Shown here: positions 25,560 to 40,109 of the stretch, in pieces
How the letters are laid out: each line of letters starts with the position of its first letter
Position numbering within the stretch: the stretch's first letter is position 1
DNA from: Felis catus
Taxonomy: Eukaryota
Length of the DNA: 64,000 bases
Assembly: GCF_018350175.1 (NCBI RefSeq)
Contig: NC_058368.1
Span: forward strand, 74,092,001-74,156,000
Direction: 5' to 3'
Notes under the pieces: generated by a model
Databases searched by the model: none
What the model was told of the DNA's origin: nothing
The model's input: only the letters and a program-made list of their open reading frames with translations
Made by a program: the position numbers and the translations under genes

Positions 25560-26870
25560 AAGCTCTTCATTTATGGCTTTTGGGTTTTAAGCTTAGTTAA
25601 AAAGACTTTTCCCATTTTGATATTATGACGGGGTTCAGCCATGTTTTCTTTTAGTAGTTTCACGGCTTACTTATTTCACATATGAATCTTTGGTCGTTGG
25701 AAATTTATCCCGGAGTAAGGGTGGTACAGGGATCCAACTTTACATTTTTGCAGATGTCCACTTAGTTATTCTGCCAGATAGAATAGCCTCTTCTTCCTTG
25801 CTGATATTGTAATAGGAGCAATCTTTACATTACACTGAATTCCATTCTTTTTTAAGATTTTTAAATTTTTATAGATTCTGAATTCTGTTTGATTGTCTAT
25901 TTATATACCTATGCCGCATTATTGTTAGTATGGATGCCTTATATTTTAATATTTAGCAGGACCAATGCTTTTCCTTGGCTTGTTGGTTCAGCAAAGACCA
26001 ACTTCTTTTTTCATGGTGTTTATTTCTTCATATTAACTTTATAACCAACTGATCTGGTTCTAAAAAGCACAATTTTGGCATCTCATTAGGTACATGTAAC
26101 ATATGTAAATGAACTTAAAGAGAAATGGCATTTGGGCGACATTGAGTCTTTCTCTCGGGGAGCATGACGTGTGTTTCCTTTTGTTTAATTTTTATTTTTT
26201 GTTTTTCACTGGTGTTTGAAAGTCCTTTTTGGGGCGCCTGGGTGGCTGAGTCACTTGAGCATCCAACTTCGGCTCAGGTCATGGTTTCACAGTTTGTGAG
26301 TTCGAGCCCTGTGTCGGGCTCTGTGCTGACAGCTCAGAACCTGGAGCCTGCTTCGGATTCTGTGTCTCCCTCTCTCTCTCTCTGCCCCTCTCCCACTCGC
26401 TCTGTCTCTCTCAAAGATAAGTTAAAAAAAACATTTAAAAAAAGTCATTTTTGTATAAGTCTGGCACAGGTCTTAGCAAACGTATAGGTGTTTTATCATT
26501 TTAATTTTTTTTACAAAGGACCTTTCTTTAAATTGTATCTTCTAACTAGTTAGTGTTTGTATGTGTAAAAGCAACTGATTTCTTTATATTTTTATGTTTA
26601 ATAAAATCTTTCTGAATTTTTTTGTTGCCAATCATTTTTTTTTATTATTGTTTTCAGTTTCTTAGGCAGGCATCGTTGTCAGCTAAGATTGATCATTTTA
26701 TTTACTTCTTTCTTTTGGGTTTTTACAACTATAATTCTTTCTTTTCTTTTCTATTTTATTTTTTTGCCTAGTTCCTCATTTGCATCATGACATGATTGCA
26801 GTTATATAGTTATCCTTGTTTTGTTCCAGATTTTAGTTGGGTTTGTTTCAGTATTTTCTGATTCTAGCAT
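25560..26870 (-). mobile_element. Old L1 (L1M) fragment
   Basis: T-rich reverse ORF2-like motifs (GGATCCAACTTT, ACATTGAGTCTT, GCAACTGATTT). Confidence 0.6.
26231..26440 (+). mobile_element. Can-SINE
   Basis: GGGGCGCCTGGGTGGCT head; TSD AAAGTC(C/A)TTTTT. Confidence 0.95.
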
Positions 26871-27268
26871 TTTGCTGAATTTTGGGTCTATCTATCTATC
26901 TATCATCTATCAATGTGTTTATATATCCGTATCTTATATCTATCTTATCTATATCTATATTTATCTATGCTAATTTCTACACCTACATGTATGTATATAA
27001 GTATGCATACGTGTGTATATAAACTTACCTATATGTATATATATGTTTCTAAATGGAACCGTAGCCCTGTCTGAATGAGACAGAAGATCTCTGCATAAAT
27101 CTACGAAATGTAGTTTTTGTGCAAAACTTCTGAATGGGTCTCACGGAAGCGCTGGCAGGAAACATTTCACACGTGTCATCTCCTTTGAGCCTCACACCAG
27201 CCCTTTGAAATGGGCATTTTCCACTTTTCATCAATGACATCACTAATGTTCAGTGGAGGTAAATAAAT

Positions 27269-27480
27269 TTTTTTTTTCAACGTTTATTTATTTTTGGGAC
27301 AGAGAGAGACAGAGCATGAACTGGGGAAGGGGCAGAGAGAGAGGGAGACACAGAATCGGAAACAGGCTCCAGGCTCCGAGCCATCAGCCCAGAGCCTGAC
27401 GCAGGGCTCGAACTCACGGACCGCGAGATCGTGACCTGGCCGAAGTCGGACGCTTAACCGACTGCGCACCCAGGCGCCCC
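27269..27480 (-). mobile_element. Young felid Can-SINE
   Basis: Diagnostic TTTTGGGACAGAG, GAATCGGAAACAGG, GCCATCAGCCCAG; many intact CpGs; TSD about AGGTAAATAAAT. Confidence 0.96.
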
Positions 27481-28136
27481 TCAATGAAGGTAAATAAATA
27501 AAGGCAATGGGACACAAGAGTAACACGTTAAGCCTGGCGTTAATTTCAAGCTTGACTCTGCCCACGCCAGTGTTCCCTCCATCAGACGGTGCGGATTTAC
27601 CCAGGATTATCTATGTCTGCTTGAGTGTATTCCCCGAACAACAGACACTTCCTGTTTGAAAACCTAAACTTTTAATGCTTAATTTGTAAGGAAATCTTTC
27701 TAAAACCCAACATTTCTTCAGATAAGTTGTTTTGCCTATCTCTTGTGGTATTACACCAGCAGTGCTATCGTCAAAGAAAGTTACTAACTGTGGGATTCTT
27801 GTTACGTTAGATTTTCTCCAATATTTATTTTCCACATATGGCAAATTTGGGTATTAATACCTATCTCACAGGATTATTGTGTCAGTTTAATGAGGTACAT
27901 AAAAAGTGCTTTGAAATCTAAAAACGACTCTACAAATATTAACCAATATTTTTTTCACGAAAATATTAAGATTTCAGCATTTAGAAGTTCTTCGGATAGT
28001 CTGAACAACAGCTCACATCATTGTGTATTTACTCATCTATTTGCAAATGTCTTGATTTCCAACATAGTATACTTCCACTCTTTGCCTTGAGTGGACAGGA
28101 AAGGGTATGTATTGCCATTATGTGTGATTATGTGTC

Positions 28137-28174
<38 letters not shown>

Positions 28175-29633
28175 GCTGTGATGTGGGGCAAAGGCATCCT
28201 TATATTCCATTTTTATGTACATATTTGCAATTGCAAGGTGCTCCTTTGCCTTCTCTTTCAACACAACAAATTATTCTTTTTAAAAAAAAATAGTATCATT
28301 ATCTATTTCTCTTCCATGCTTTTAGGGGATTGCATGGATCCCACATGTGACTTTGGACTCTGAAATTCTCTGATCCCATCACTGTTGAACTGTTTTGTTA
28401 TTGTCCCGGTGCTTTTGAAGGTGATGGTCACACTTCATTGAATCAAGTCACAGAAGTGACGAAGCCTGACCCAGGTTTAGGTCCTATTTTCAGAGAGTTG
28501 ATCATGGCTGCTTTATAATGAAAATTAAACCTAAATTCTATATTGAAGTTAAATAATCTCTTCATTTAAAAATTTTAAATTCTTTCAAAAATCTATAGTC
28601 CCCTGGCAAATTTAGTAAAGGGTCTTTGGAGCATGTAGAAAATAATTAGAGAATCTCTCTCTCTCTCTTTTTAATACCACATGAAATACTAAGAAAAGAA
28701 GGCTTGGGGGGGCAGTTTTTGAACACAAAAGTATTATGAATATTGGTATAGTCAAATGCTCATGCTTATAGACTTCTGATGGTCAAGTGGATAAACTATT
28801 TGCCATAAATGAATCACACAATATGGGATTAAAAAAAACAACAGCTGGTTAGGATTTGTCTGAAATGTGAATGTGCGTATGTGTGTACGTGTGTGTAATA
28901 CACAGGTGCTAACACACACACAGACACACACACACATATCGACAGACGGGTATTAGAGACAAGTGCTCTTCGTTATTCATAGTCTAAGCAACATGAAAAA
29001 TACCAATAAAGATATTTCTCTAGGCAGAGTTTTGTGCATCAAATGGTGTTTTGGTGCCATTCTAACTTTTGAAGGCCTCATATGGGAACAGCCTCTTCTT
29101 ACGGAAGTTCTGGTTCAGATGGAAAAAAGCTGGTTAGCTGGCTTCTACCTAGTGCTCCTGCTGTGACAGCTTCTGTCGCCCTAAAACCACTGCCCCGAGA
29201 GCCACTTGTGTTGGTGCCAAAGCATACTCCTGAGCTGTGGGTCGGAGGGCACATTCTGCTTATTCCTGTGCCAACATTAGAAAATCGCAATATTAATGTC
29301 TCCGAGACTGAACTGAATCCAGAGTGGCGATCCAGAAAGCAAGATGGAGAGAGAAAAAATGATGTGTAGGGAAACTTAAGTAATTAGTTGTTTGTAATTA
29401 CTGCCCCGGTGAGGGGGAAAGAACTATACTATACTGACGAGAAAATTCCCCAAATTCTCTGAGTCACATAGACACCAGTTTGCCAATAACTCCGAAATCA
29501 CTTTGAGCAGCAAACTTAATGATGATTACTCCATCTCTAAGTACAGGGAGCTGAACCCAATGTAAGCTGTATTGCCCCTACTTTTTGCATTGTAATCAGT
29601 AGAATAGTGCTTTTGCATTAAAAAATCTACGTC

Positions 29634-29849
29634 GGGGGCACCGGGGTAGCTTAGTCTGTTGAGCGTCGGACTTCGACTCAGGTCATGATCTCATGGACTA
29701 TGAGTTCAAGTCCCACGTCGGTCTCTATGCTGACAGCTCAGAGCCTGGAGCCTGCTTTGGATTCTCTGTCTCCCTCTCTCTCTGCCCCTCCCCTGCTCAT
29801 GATCTCTCTCTCTCTCTCAAAAATAAAAATTAAAAAATTAAAAATAAGT
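29634..29849 (+). mobile_element. Can-SINE
   Basis: SINE head, (CT)n, A tail. Confidence 0.93.
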
Positions 29850-32086
29850 AAAAATATATTTTTAACATGTGGGTTTTTAAATCAAGTGATAGCTATTGAT
29901 TTTTTTCAGTAAAAATAGTTCTAACGGTGCTAAAATATTAAAATTATATTTTTAGTAAATTAAAAAGACAAAGGAAAAAATTTCTTAAGGAATAATTTAT
30001 TTATATGTCCATATTCAGGTATGCATAAAGAAAATTTTTAACATTACTGGAATTTGGATTTTTAATGGGAATGAGGCATTTCTCTCATTAAGAGAGTTTA
30101 AGTTCACAGTACTGAAGGCTGTAAATGGCCCCCGACGAGGTTCCAAATCATGAATGGTAAGATCAGACCCTTATGAGAAGACAATTGCTTAAAGTGGCTC
30201 TCTTATGTCTACCCATTATCTTTAGTCATTCATTGGAAGGATCTTTAACTTTCTGTAGAGTTGGGAACTGCTTTGTTCTGTATTTTTATTTGTTCCAAGC
30301 ATGCATTTATTTACCTTTCTTTCTGTCTGGAAAGAAAACTTGGAAGAGTTCAAGAGCTCTTTTCCTAACCTCTCCTAATGGTGATGTCCTTCAAACCCAA
30401 ACACAACAGATTTGAAGAGTTTCTGTGCTCATGGCTGCATTTGCTAGCATCTGATTATAACAGGTGCTATTTGAAAAGATCGCCATGTTTTTTGCTGTCC
30501 CTTGAGTGGTGTCGAGATCCTTTGAACCTGTTGGTAAATTCTTACTTGCGAACCATTAATATATGCTGAGTATTCACAATGCTAATTATCCACAAGAAGG
30601 GTAAATTATGAATAACACATATCCCAGAACCTGTGGTGGTATATATTATAAACCCACCTGATTGCCTTTTTCAGTTTGATTGCTGGAAAATCAGTCATTT
30701 CCTGGCAGTTAATCAAATGCCACAGAGATCCTCATCTCAATTCCAGTTATCCTGCTTATTCCATTTATTTTTTGATTTATAAAAAAATTATTACCATAAC
30801 AATCTTTCAGATCTGATTACTGGTGAATGTAACAAACTCATTTGCAGTCACAACCCTTTTTATTCTAAGCAGGCCGTTGCCTACTGGTTGGTTAAAATGC
30901 TATTTCATTAATTAAGCATATTATGGATTCATATAGCCTTCAATTCATTGCCATTCAAGAAATTTTGCATATACACCTCATTAAACAACGATGGGTGTTA
31001 ATTATGACATCAGAAAATGTAGAAATCTACTTATCACCTACAGAAACATCAACATTCACCTCGGAAGAGTCATGTTGAGTTTTTTTTTTCATATTACTCA
31101 GATTAACAGGCATTTACTAAAATTATTCCTCTCCTTGGTTTTGAGGCTGCCTTTCTCCTGTACCCTCATTTCACTGACCAGTTTTTTTCTGTCTTGTTAA
31201 CTGACTTTATAACGACCACTTTTTAAATGTGTCTATTTGTGTGTGGATTCAGCCCCAATATTCTTGTTCCTTGATTCTGCACGTTCCTCCTGGCCACCTA
31301 CTCTCATGGTGTCCATTGCATCCATGTAGACTAGTCATAGACACAAATAGAAAACTATCTTAAAATATGCATTTATAAATATAAAATCTGTCCATCTATC
31401 TACACATTTACATACTAAAGAACTTAAATACATGCCTTTCATGCTTCACACAATCTCAAAATAAACTTCTAAAATGGATTTGTTTGCCACCAGAGCAATC
31501 ATCCTCTCTGATCTTGAGTCAATGGTGCCATCATCTGTTAGTTACTCCATAGAGAATATGTCAGCTGCCAGCATTTCCCCATCACCTCCAGCCAGTCCAG
31601 ATCTGACGGACAAAGCATTTTGGTGCTCCTCTTGTATCACAGTGGTACTATCAAAAGGTAGAAGATCTGGGTAATACTTACCCTCTTTCATTTGATGACC
31701 CTCAGAGCAGGTAACTGAATTACAGGTGGCTTAGGACATGCCCCTTTCATATGGCTACCTATTGTTTCTGATCTTCCAGACTAATTGATTCAATATATCT
31801 GTTGGGTCAATATCTAGGTCAGAACCCCTTGTGACAAAGTCTTAAATAAAGCATACATTCAGATGTTTGCAGTTTGGCATGGATGAAAAAACATGTCTAA
31901 TATGGATGGATATTGAAGATCTTAAAATAGCAAGCGTTAATATGTATATAAAAATATGAGACAACGTTTTAGCAGAAAATTGTCTCACTACATGGGATTC
32001 ATGCCTTCCTCTACCTTTTTCTTTATTCTTTATTCAGCCCCTTATAGTATTATGGATGCTTATGAGAGAAAAACAGGAAGGTATTT

Positions 32087-32295
32087 TAAAAAAAAATTTA
32101 ATGTTTATTTATTTTTGAGAGAGAGAGCGCACAAGTGGAGGATGGGCAGACAGAGAGGGAGACACAGAATCCGAAGCAGGTTCCAGGCTCTGAGCTGTCA
32201 GTACAGAGCCCAACGCGGGGCTTGAACTCATGATGGTGAGATCATCACCGGAGCCGAAGTCAGACGCTCAACCAACTGAGTGACCCAGGCGCCCC
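32087..32295 (-). mobile_element. Can-SINE
   Basis: TSD AGGAAGGTATTT. Confidence 0.95.
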
Positions 32296-32419
32296 AGGAA
32301 GGTATTTAAATACCCATAAAACATTAGCCAACACATGTACCTATGTGTTAGCTGGATCAAGAATTAAGCTTATGTTCCAAAGTTTATTTAATAACATAAG
32401 AACAGTAAACCTTCTTATG

Positions 32420-33170
32420 AAAAGCTATTAGTTCCAAAATGTCTCCAAAATCTGTCAGGATCTTCTTCTTCTGTTACGACCTACTATTTCAATCCATCTT
32501 CCTTTTTCTAGATTCCTGTAATGATCTGTGTCACAACTTTTAGGTTCTTTCACTCCCGGGTAGGCCATTTGGCTTTCCTATCCAGACTGGTTTCCCTCAA
32601 ACAAAATTCTGGTGATTTCTCTTCTTGACATACAATCTGTCAAGTCTTAAAGCATTTCCTGTGTATACCAGCACAAACTCTTTAGCATGACGTCCAACAT
32701 AAAACTACGTGATGCTTCCTGCCATAACGTTTGGCCAACTTTCTTCTCACATGCCAGACAATCTATTTCTGTGTCTGTTCATATAATGGGACAAGGTCTG
32801 CATCTTTCTGCCCATTTATCCTTGCTTCTTCTCTACTTGGACTTCTGTTACCATCTTCTTTACCTATCAAACTCCAACTCCCTCTTGCGAATCCGAAACA
32901 AAGTTTACTTCCTCTTTGGAAGACGTGTGCAGATCCAATGTGAAGAGTGAGAGTCTCCCTTTGATAAGTGCCCATAACATGCATATCCGTATTGTCACTT
33001 TTTGTCCATTACATTGCACTTACATACTCATTTCTGAATTCTTCAGTGGATTAAGTGAAACCCTCAAAGATGTCTTTATTGATACCAGAATGTGGTGTAG
33101 TATAAAGCACAAAACAGGTCGTCAACAAACATCATGAACATACATAAATCAATGAATTACAGAGTTTTTC
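32420..33170 (+). mobile_element. L2-like remnant
   Basis: Pyrimidine-rich stretch with L2-like motifs, ending near AAATCAATGAAT. Confidence 0.45.
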
Positions 33171-33410
33171 AATCAGTTATACTTACAAATAAGAGATTAC
33201 TGATTCCCCTCCCCCGCTCTCTGAAGGTAGAATGTGCCTATGAAATCTTTCATAAACCGAAACGACATGAAGTGTAGAGTATTCCCCTCCTTCTGGAAGT
33301 TTGATTTACAACTTGCTGCTTTTATGAAGGACTTACAGTAGTGCCTCCTTTCGCTAACCGAAAGAAATCCACGGGGACTTTGGTTTTGCAAAAAAAGCTA
33401 TTACCTTACT

Positions 33411-33634
33411 TTTTTTTTTTAATTTTTTTTTCAAAGTTTATTTATTTTTGGGACAGAGAGAGACAGAGCATGAACGGGGGAGGGGCAGAGAGAGAGGGAG
33501 ACACAGAATCGGAAACAGGCTCCAGGCTCTGAGCCATCAGCCCAGAGCCTGACGCGGGGCTCGAACTCACGGACCGCAAGATCGTGACCTGGCTGAAGTC
33601 GGACGCTTCACCGACTGCGCCACCCAGGTGCCCC
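33411..33634 (-). mobile_element. Young felid Can-SINE
   Basis: Perfect 14-bp TSD GCTATTACCTTACT at 33397 and 33635; young-subfamily diagnostics. Confidence 0.97.
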
Positions 33635-35485
33635 GCTATTACCTTACTAATGTAGGTCTTTTGTAAAAGTGAAGCAGGGAAACAGGAACCTTTGGGAAGT
33701 AGGGGAACCTCTGTGTTTACATCTGTAGACCTCATCTAGTAAAAGGTAGTTTTGTACATCATTTTAAGCCTTGATGTAATCAGTACCTCTGATGATTAAA
33801 AACTGCCTTCTTTGAATTGTCTGGAAGTGACACGAAGGCTGAAATTAAAACCCTTTGAAACATAAAATAAAACTCTTCCCCTGGAAGTGAAGCAGTTGTA
33901 AAATTTAAAACACTTTGAGACTGCAATGATTAAGAATTCAAAGAGAGAAAGATGCTTTTAGATTTAGTGTTAAGAAAAGAAATCTTAAGAAAGGAGCTCA
34001 GAAGCATAAACATAGAAATAGCGACAGACCTTACGGATGGAATTTTCAGGTTCATAGAAAATCTCCCTGTTCTTATGAAGCTCAGTTCTTTGAAATAGCT
34101 CATCAAAATGGGGTTCAAATGAAGCTTCATTTCACTAATAATATTATCTCACTTAGGTCACAAATTTCCTACAGGGACTCTTTAAATATAGAGAATCACT
34201 ATTACATGATTTGTAATGTATTTGTGATTTTGAAAGGTATGAATTGAACTTTGATTTACAAGGCCAGATAATCTACATGCTGAGAAAACTATCTAATTGA
34301 GAAATAGCAACATGAATTATTATATAACGTGAAAGAATGCTACCATTTATTCACTGCCCCTAGTCAACTATTCAATGGGTGTAGTTCATGGAAACCAGAC
34401 TCTCCTAAATAAAGTCGCTTCCATTATATAGACTCTTCACTTAATCTTCTTTTCTCAAAAAAATATAATGAATGAATGAAGAGACACAAGTAAAAGGAAG
34501 GGTTTTTTTGCTGAACTCACGCACAGTAATTGAAATACAACAAAACTGATTTTTTCTGTACCGTGATTTTTGCAAAATAGAAAAACACAAATGTATAGAT
34601 ATAAAAATATATTTTAAAATTATTGAAAATAAGATACTTAGCTAACCAATGTAAATTTAGTCCAAGATTAAGACAAATATAACTATGTAGCTAACATTCA
34701 CACTGATGATGTTTAACCTTTTAGAATTCTGGAGTGACTTCTGAATTATATGAATTTTGGTGTTGATTGTATTGTAATTCTGTAATTTGTCAATTTTCTA
34801 ATTATTTGATATTCTGTGTTTGGTTTATGTATTAATTTTTAGAGAATCAGTATATTCAATTCACCACAAAAAACAAAACTGGTGAATTCTTGACATTGGA
34901 CTTATGTCCTGTGATTTAAGCCTTCTTTCAGAAGAATAGTGAGAGAGAAATGATAAAAAAAGCTCATTGTTCCTAAAAAATTGGAGTCAGACCTTTCAGG
35001 AAGATATTAAGAAGAATGAATTCTAATCTAACAGTTGAGAATCTGTATTTTAAAAGCAAATTTTATAAAACAAAGGAGTTATTATATAGTGGAAGTTCAT
35101 AATTATGCTAGTGTTTATATTTTAGCAATGACGGTAAATCAGAATTTTATTTCTCAAACTGTATTTTTATTCTTTGAAAATTGTATTTACACTTATTTTT
35201 GCTTATTTCTTTTGTTACTTTTTCTAAACATGCGTTTATGCTGGGGTGTGAATAGAGGTTACAATTTTAATATAGGAAACCAAAGTTCTTCTCAAACTAA
35301 AAATTAAGAAAGGTGACTTGTACCAATTTTATAGGATGAAAGGTTTGTTAAGCACTTAATAAGTCATAGAATAATTAGAGGCATTGATCATGTAAAACTT
35401 TGTCTTCATTAATACTTGTCTAATACAATTAAATAGGGCCAACAATAATACTATATTTAGGTATTTCTTAATTTTGTTAATTTTA

Positions 35486-35713
35486 TTTTTTTTAATTTAA
35501 TTTTTTTTACATTTATTTATTTTTGAGAGACAGAGAGAGACAGAGCTTGAGCAGGAGAAGGGCAGAGGGAGAGGGGGGACACAGAATCAGAAGCAGGATC
35601 TAGGCTCTGAGCTGTCAGCACAGAGCCAGATGCGGGACTCAAACTCACAGACGGCGAGATCATGACCTGAGTCGAAGTCAGATGCTTAACCGACTGAGCC
35701 ACCCAGGTGCCCC
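35486..35713 (-). mobile_element. Can-SINE
   Basis: Perfect TSD AATTTTGTTAATTTTA. Confidence 0.96.
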
Positions 35714-38678
35714 AATTTTGTTAATTTTAATAAAAATATATTCGCTAATGAAGAGAAAATAAGACATGCTTATTTTTCTAGTATTTTTAATGAGAAAATA
35801 GTCTTTACCAACATAATTTTGTTTTCTAAGAAAAAATTAATGTCAGGATTACAGATTTACAGGTTTATTCAATTATACTTTCCATTGAAATAAAAAAAAA
35901 TAGTGGAATAATAGAATCTTGACCAGTCAAAGTTATATGTTTTAGGTGATAGAATTTTTATAAAGCAACAATGGAAGGATAGTTGAAGCAATATATGTTC
36001 CTGAATTTTCTCTAAACAGATAACTAATTAACTTACAGAGTCTGGCAGATAAACAAACAATCACTCTGCCCAAACTAAAACCATATTTATGATAACAACT
36101 GCAAACACTATATAAATAATTATTTATTCAGTGGTGATAGATACTTCAAAAATAGCTACAGAAATAATGATCACATACAATAAACTTTAAGCCAAAAACC
36201 GTTATTTTTCCCTTATATAAAAGCTAGGAAAATACTTTTGGATAAAAGACAAATGTGTCGCTGTCATCAACATATTGGCCAACAAACTCTGCAAAATGTC
36301 AGGATTCCAGAATTCTTGAACGACAGTGGAACAATGAAAAACTTACTGAGCCACTGGGTGAAATTTCAGTAGAAGCTATATAAAAGATTTGAAGGCATAG
36401 CTACATTTCTTAATGTTTTCAGGAATCCTCTGGTAGAAATATGTAGCCTTCTGAAGTTGAAAAACCATTAGGAAGCTTTCAAAGTAGGGAGCGTAAGAAA
36501 GGTTTGCTAGGATATATAACTTCCGCAAATGGTTAGGGATGAAGGAGATGGAAATTCCTTCATTTACAGTTAAAATAAATTTATATCTCTAAATGCCAAT
36601 TAGCAGGCCCCCATTGACTCTTGGTGATTCATTCTTTAATGAAATCATAAATGTTTCTGCAGAGCAATCCTGCACCTCTCCCCAGAGGGCAGCAAACGTA
36701 TCATGAGACAGATCTTGGACGCCTGCCATGTTCCACCTGCAGCAGGAGGGGGTTCTGATTTCCTCGAGCAGCAGTGTCCAGGTGGAGGCCCGAACACATG
36801 GGCATCTGGCTTACACATCATGTATTATGTACATCTGGAGCCATGTCAAAGCCGTAATTAACACAAAGGCATATTCTTTCACTGTATCGTGGAACACCAA
36901 AATCCCCAGGGTAGAACACGTCACCATTTTCTTCTGAAATTTAGCTCTGGGATGTCCCAAATAATGCTGAGTTAAAGGAGAACCGTTACAATTGTGGTCT
37001 TCCCTCCAGATCTGTAGAAATACAATAAAAAAGTACTTACATTTAGATAGGATTTTTGTATTAGTCCATTTAAAATTACAAGTTCAGAGGACGCTAGAAT
37101 TATAAGAAAGTATTATTGAAAGTAAGCTTAAGAAAACTTTTCAGATTTTTAAAAACAAATTCAGTGAGACAGAAAAAAATAATTAAATAAAGCCAATTTC
37201 AGGGGAAAAAAACTAGGATACATCTGTTGTAACAAAAACCACAAAAATAATGAGAATTTATGAAATCTGGTTTTTCTTAGCAGCAGTGTTTTCACTCACT
37301 AAACAAAATACATGACAGTTATATTGCCTTTACGCTAAATGTCTTTATCATTAATGATGTTGTTAAATTGTAGCTAAGATCTCTAATGATACAAAGAGCT
37401 TATCTTTTCTGGCATTTTGTTATGATGATAAATCCAAAACACCTCATCCAAAAAAAGCACTCCAAGCTTATTAACAGAATCTTTCCATAAGAGTTAGTTC
37501 ATCCATACTGGTCTGTTTTATTTTCATCGTTGAATTTAAAAAGCATGTATTAGGCATTATGTAGTAAGGATCTTTGTATATCAGTTATTAGTTCTCTTTT
37601 GGTTCAGAGTACTTATAATAAAGTAGCAATGATATTTTTCAATAGAGAAAAATTCAGATAAATTTTAGTAGGTTCTACAGGGAATACAATAAAGATTAGA
37701 GGGAAATGACTCTAAAATCATTTCCAGAATAACTATAATAGAAATGTATTTATTTCATGTATTAAGGTTTTCAATCTTTTTGAAAAATTTATGAAAAATT
37801 TATTTAATGTTCTCAAATAGCAGAGCTATTTGAAAATTTAAAAAGTCCTTTTCACATAAAGTGATTCTAACTGAGTGAAATATTAAATGTAGTATAAGAA
37901 AAAATAAACCCAGATAATATTCATTGAAAAAAAGGAAAACACTAAAAGATTTCTATTTCAAAATAGTAAAGTGAGGCACATTTAGTTCATGGCCCCTCCT
38001 GACTCTACTGACACCAAGAAAAAAGAATGACAAAAATAAATAAATAAATAAATAAATAAATAAATAGTTAGCAATACTGGCCTTGTGTATAAGCATGGGG
38101 AATGTTAAAAAGAAAAACATTAGCATATCTTTTCTGAATGATCTATATATGAAAATAAATTTTCAAAGAAACACAATATATGCCCTAATTTCTCTTCATT
38201 CTCAGAGAGCTTTCTACAAATTCCTCTTTCAAAAGTGAGCAAAGAGGGAGAAAAAGCAAATTGTAGTCACTAAAGGGGCTTACGTATGGAATTATTGGAT
38301 AAGAAAATGAAATGATAGGCAAGCTCACAGATTTCCGGAAAGAAACAAAAGAAATTACAGACACGAAAAACACGTAAGAAACAACAACAAATAATACTCA
38401 GAATACACAGGAGTTAAAGCCATTACATGCGTGGTGGACAGGCTGGAGCAAAGGAGATTGGGAAATAACAGGTATATGATGTAGGATGATAGATACAGAA
38501 ACAAACACAGAGAGCCAACAAATCAATTGTGTATGTGACAGAGTAAATGAAAAAGAAACATTCAAAGATGAAATAGAAAAAAAAATAACCAAAGTGTGCG
38601 AAGAACTGAATCTGCAGTTGGAAACAGCCCTCTGAATCCCAGGAAATACTGACAATAATCAGCTCTAAAATACATCCT

Positions 38679-38877
38679 AGGAACGTCTGGGTGGCTCATT
38701 CTGTTAAACGTCAGACTTAGGCTCAGGTCATGATCTCGTGGTTCATGGATTTAAAGCCTGCATCGGACTCTGTGCTGACAGTGTGGAGCTTGCTTGGGAC
38801 TCACTCCCCCTCTCTCTCTTTGCTCCTCCCTCACTGGTGCTCTCTCTCTCTCAGAATAAATAAACTTAAAAAAAAAA
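38679..38877 (+). mobile_element. Can-SINE within an A-rich old L1-like region (about 38100-39300)
   Basis: SINE body; TSD remnant ACATCCT. Confidence 0.9.
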
Positions 38878-39406
38878 GCCAACATCCTGTAACAGCAAGT
38901 AAACTCAATGGCTGGAAAAAGGAATGTACAAGCATTTAGGTAGGAAAAATCACCAAACAGGGGAAAATATCAAGCTGTCCTTAGAATTCTCTACAGCAAC
39001 ATTCAAAGCCAGACAATAAGGAAGGTTTGCCGAGAAGAATTCTGGAGTAAGCCACGATCCCAAGTTTATACTAAATCTTTGAATATAAAGTCAAAATATA
39101 GTCTGACAGATCCTTAAATCCTTCAGAATTTGTGACCTAGAAGATTAAAAGTAGCTAGTGTATGCCAAAGTTCAACTGACTCAGAGATATATCAAAGTCA
39201 AATCATACCCAAGAATGGAAAGGAGCCATGTAGCACAACTAATAGTAATTTTGGGATCCATCTAGATTTAAGTTGTAAATGATAATTAATACACTTCATG
39301 TGTATATTATTAGACGACATTGTAACACTATGCTATGAGAAGCACATATCAGGAAATGAGGTGAAGGTAACCGTGCTAATTACTTACTTGAAATCCAGTA
39401 TTTAAG

Positions 39407-39521
39407 GGATATTTTCTAACTTTATATTTATATATTTATATTTCAAATTTAAATATATATAATATTGGATAATTTCTGACTTTATATTTATATGTTTATA
39501 TTTCAAATTTAAATATATATA
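39407..39521. repeat. Two-copy tandem duplication, 60-bp period
   Basis: GGATATTTTCTAACTTTATATTTATATATTTATATTTCAAATTTAAATATATATA repeated with 3 substitutions. Confidence 0.92.
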
Positions 39522-39753
39522 TAGAAAAACCTTGGACTGTGAGCAACTTGTTCTGTGAATGTTCCACAAGACAAGCAAACATTTCTAATAAATTTTAACT
39601 TGGTAAATGAGAGATGTCTTGCCATACAAGCAGTATGTGATGCCAAATGGCACATGGTCACAAGTGAGCCAATGGTTCTTGAAATTCACTTTGGTATACG
39701 AGTGCTTTGGATTACAAGAATGTTTCTGGAACAAATTATGCTTGCAAACCAAA

Positions 39754-39792
<39 letters not shown>

Positions 39793-40066
39793 AATATACA
39801 TATATGGTAAATTTATATATATATATATATACACATACACACATATATACACACACATATGTATATATATATATATATATACACACACATGTATATGTAT
39901 ATATATATATACACACACACATGTATATGTGCGTGTCTATATACAGGTATACACATGTGTATATACGTGTATATATACATGTATACGCATGTGTATATAT
40001 ACATGTGTATATATACACGTATATACACATGTGTATACGTGTGTATATATATACGTACACACACAC

Positions 40067-40098
<32 letters not shown>

Positions 40099-40109
40099 GT
40101 ATATATATA
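39754..40109. repeat. Compound (TG)n/(TA)n/(CA)n microsatellite
   Basis: About 355 bp of almost continuous purine-pyrimidine alternation. Confidence 0.97.

Noticed and set aside
29082..29369. 95-aa ATG-initiated ORF in apparently unique sequence
   Set aside because: No recognisable homology or promoter context; length expected by chance
32380..32984. Possible minus-strand terminal exon with AATAAA near 32383
   Set aside because: Sequence resembles an L2 remnant; poor acceptor and unrecognised peptide
36676..36694. CTCF-like CCCCAGAGGGCAGCA
   Set aside because: Mismatches in the 5' core; cannot be supported without a matrix score or ChIP data
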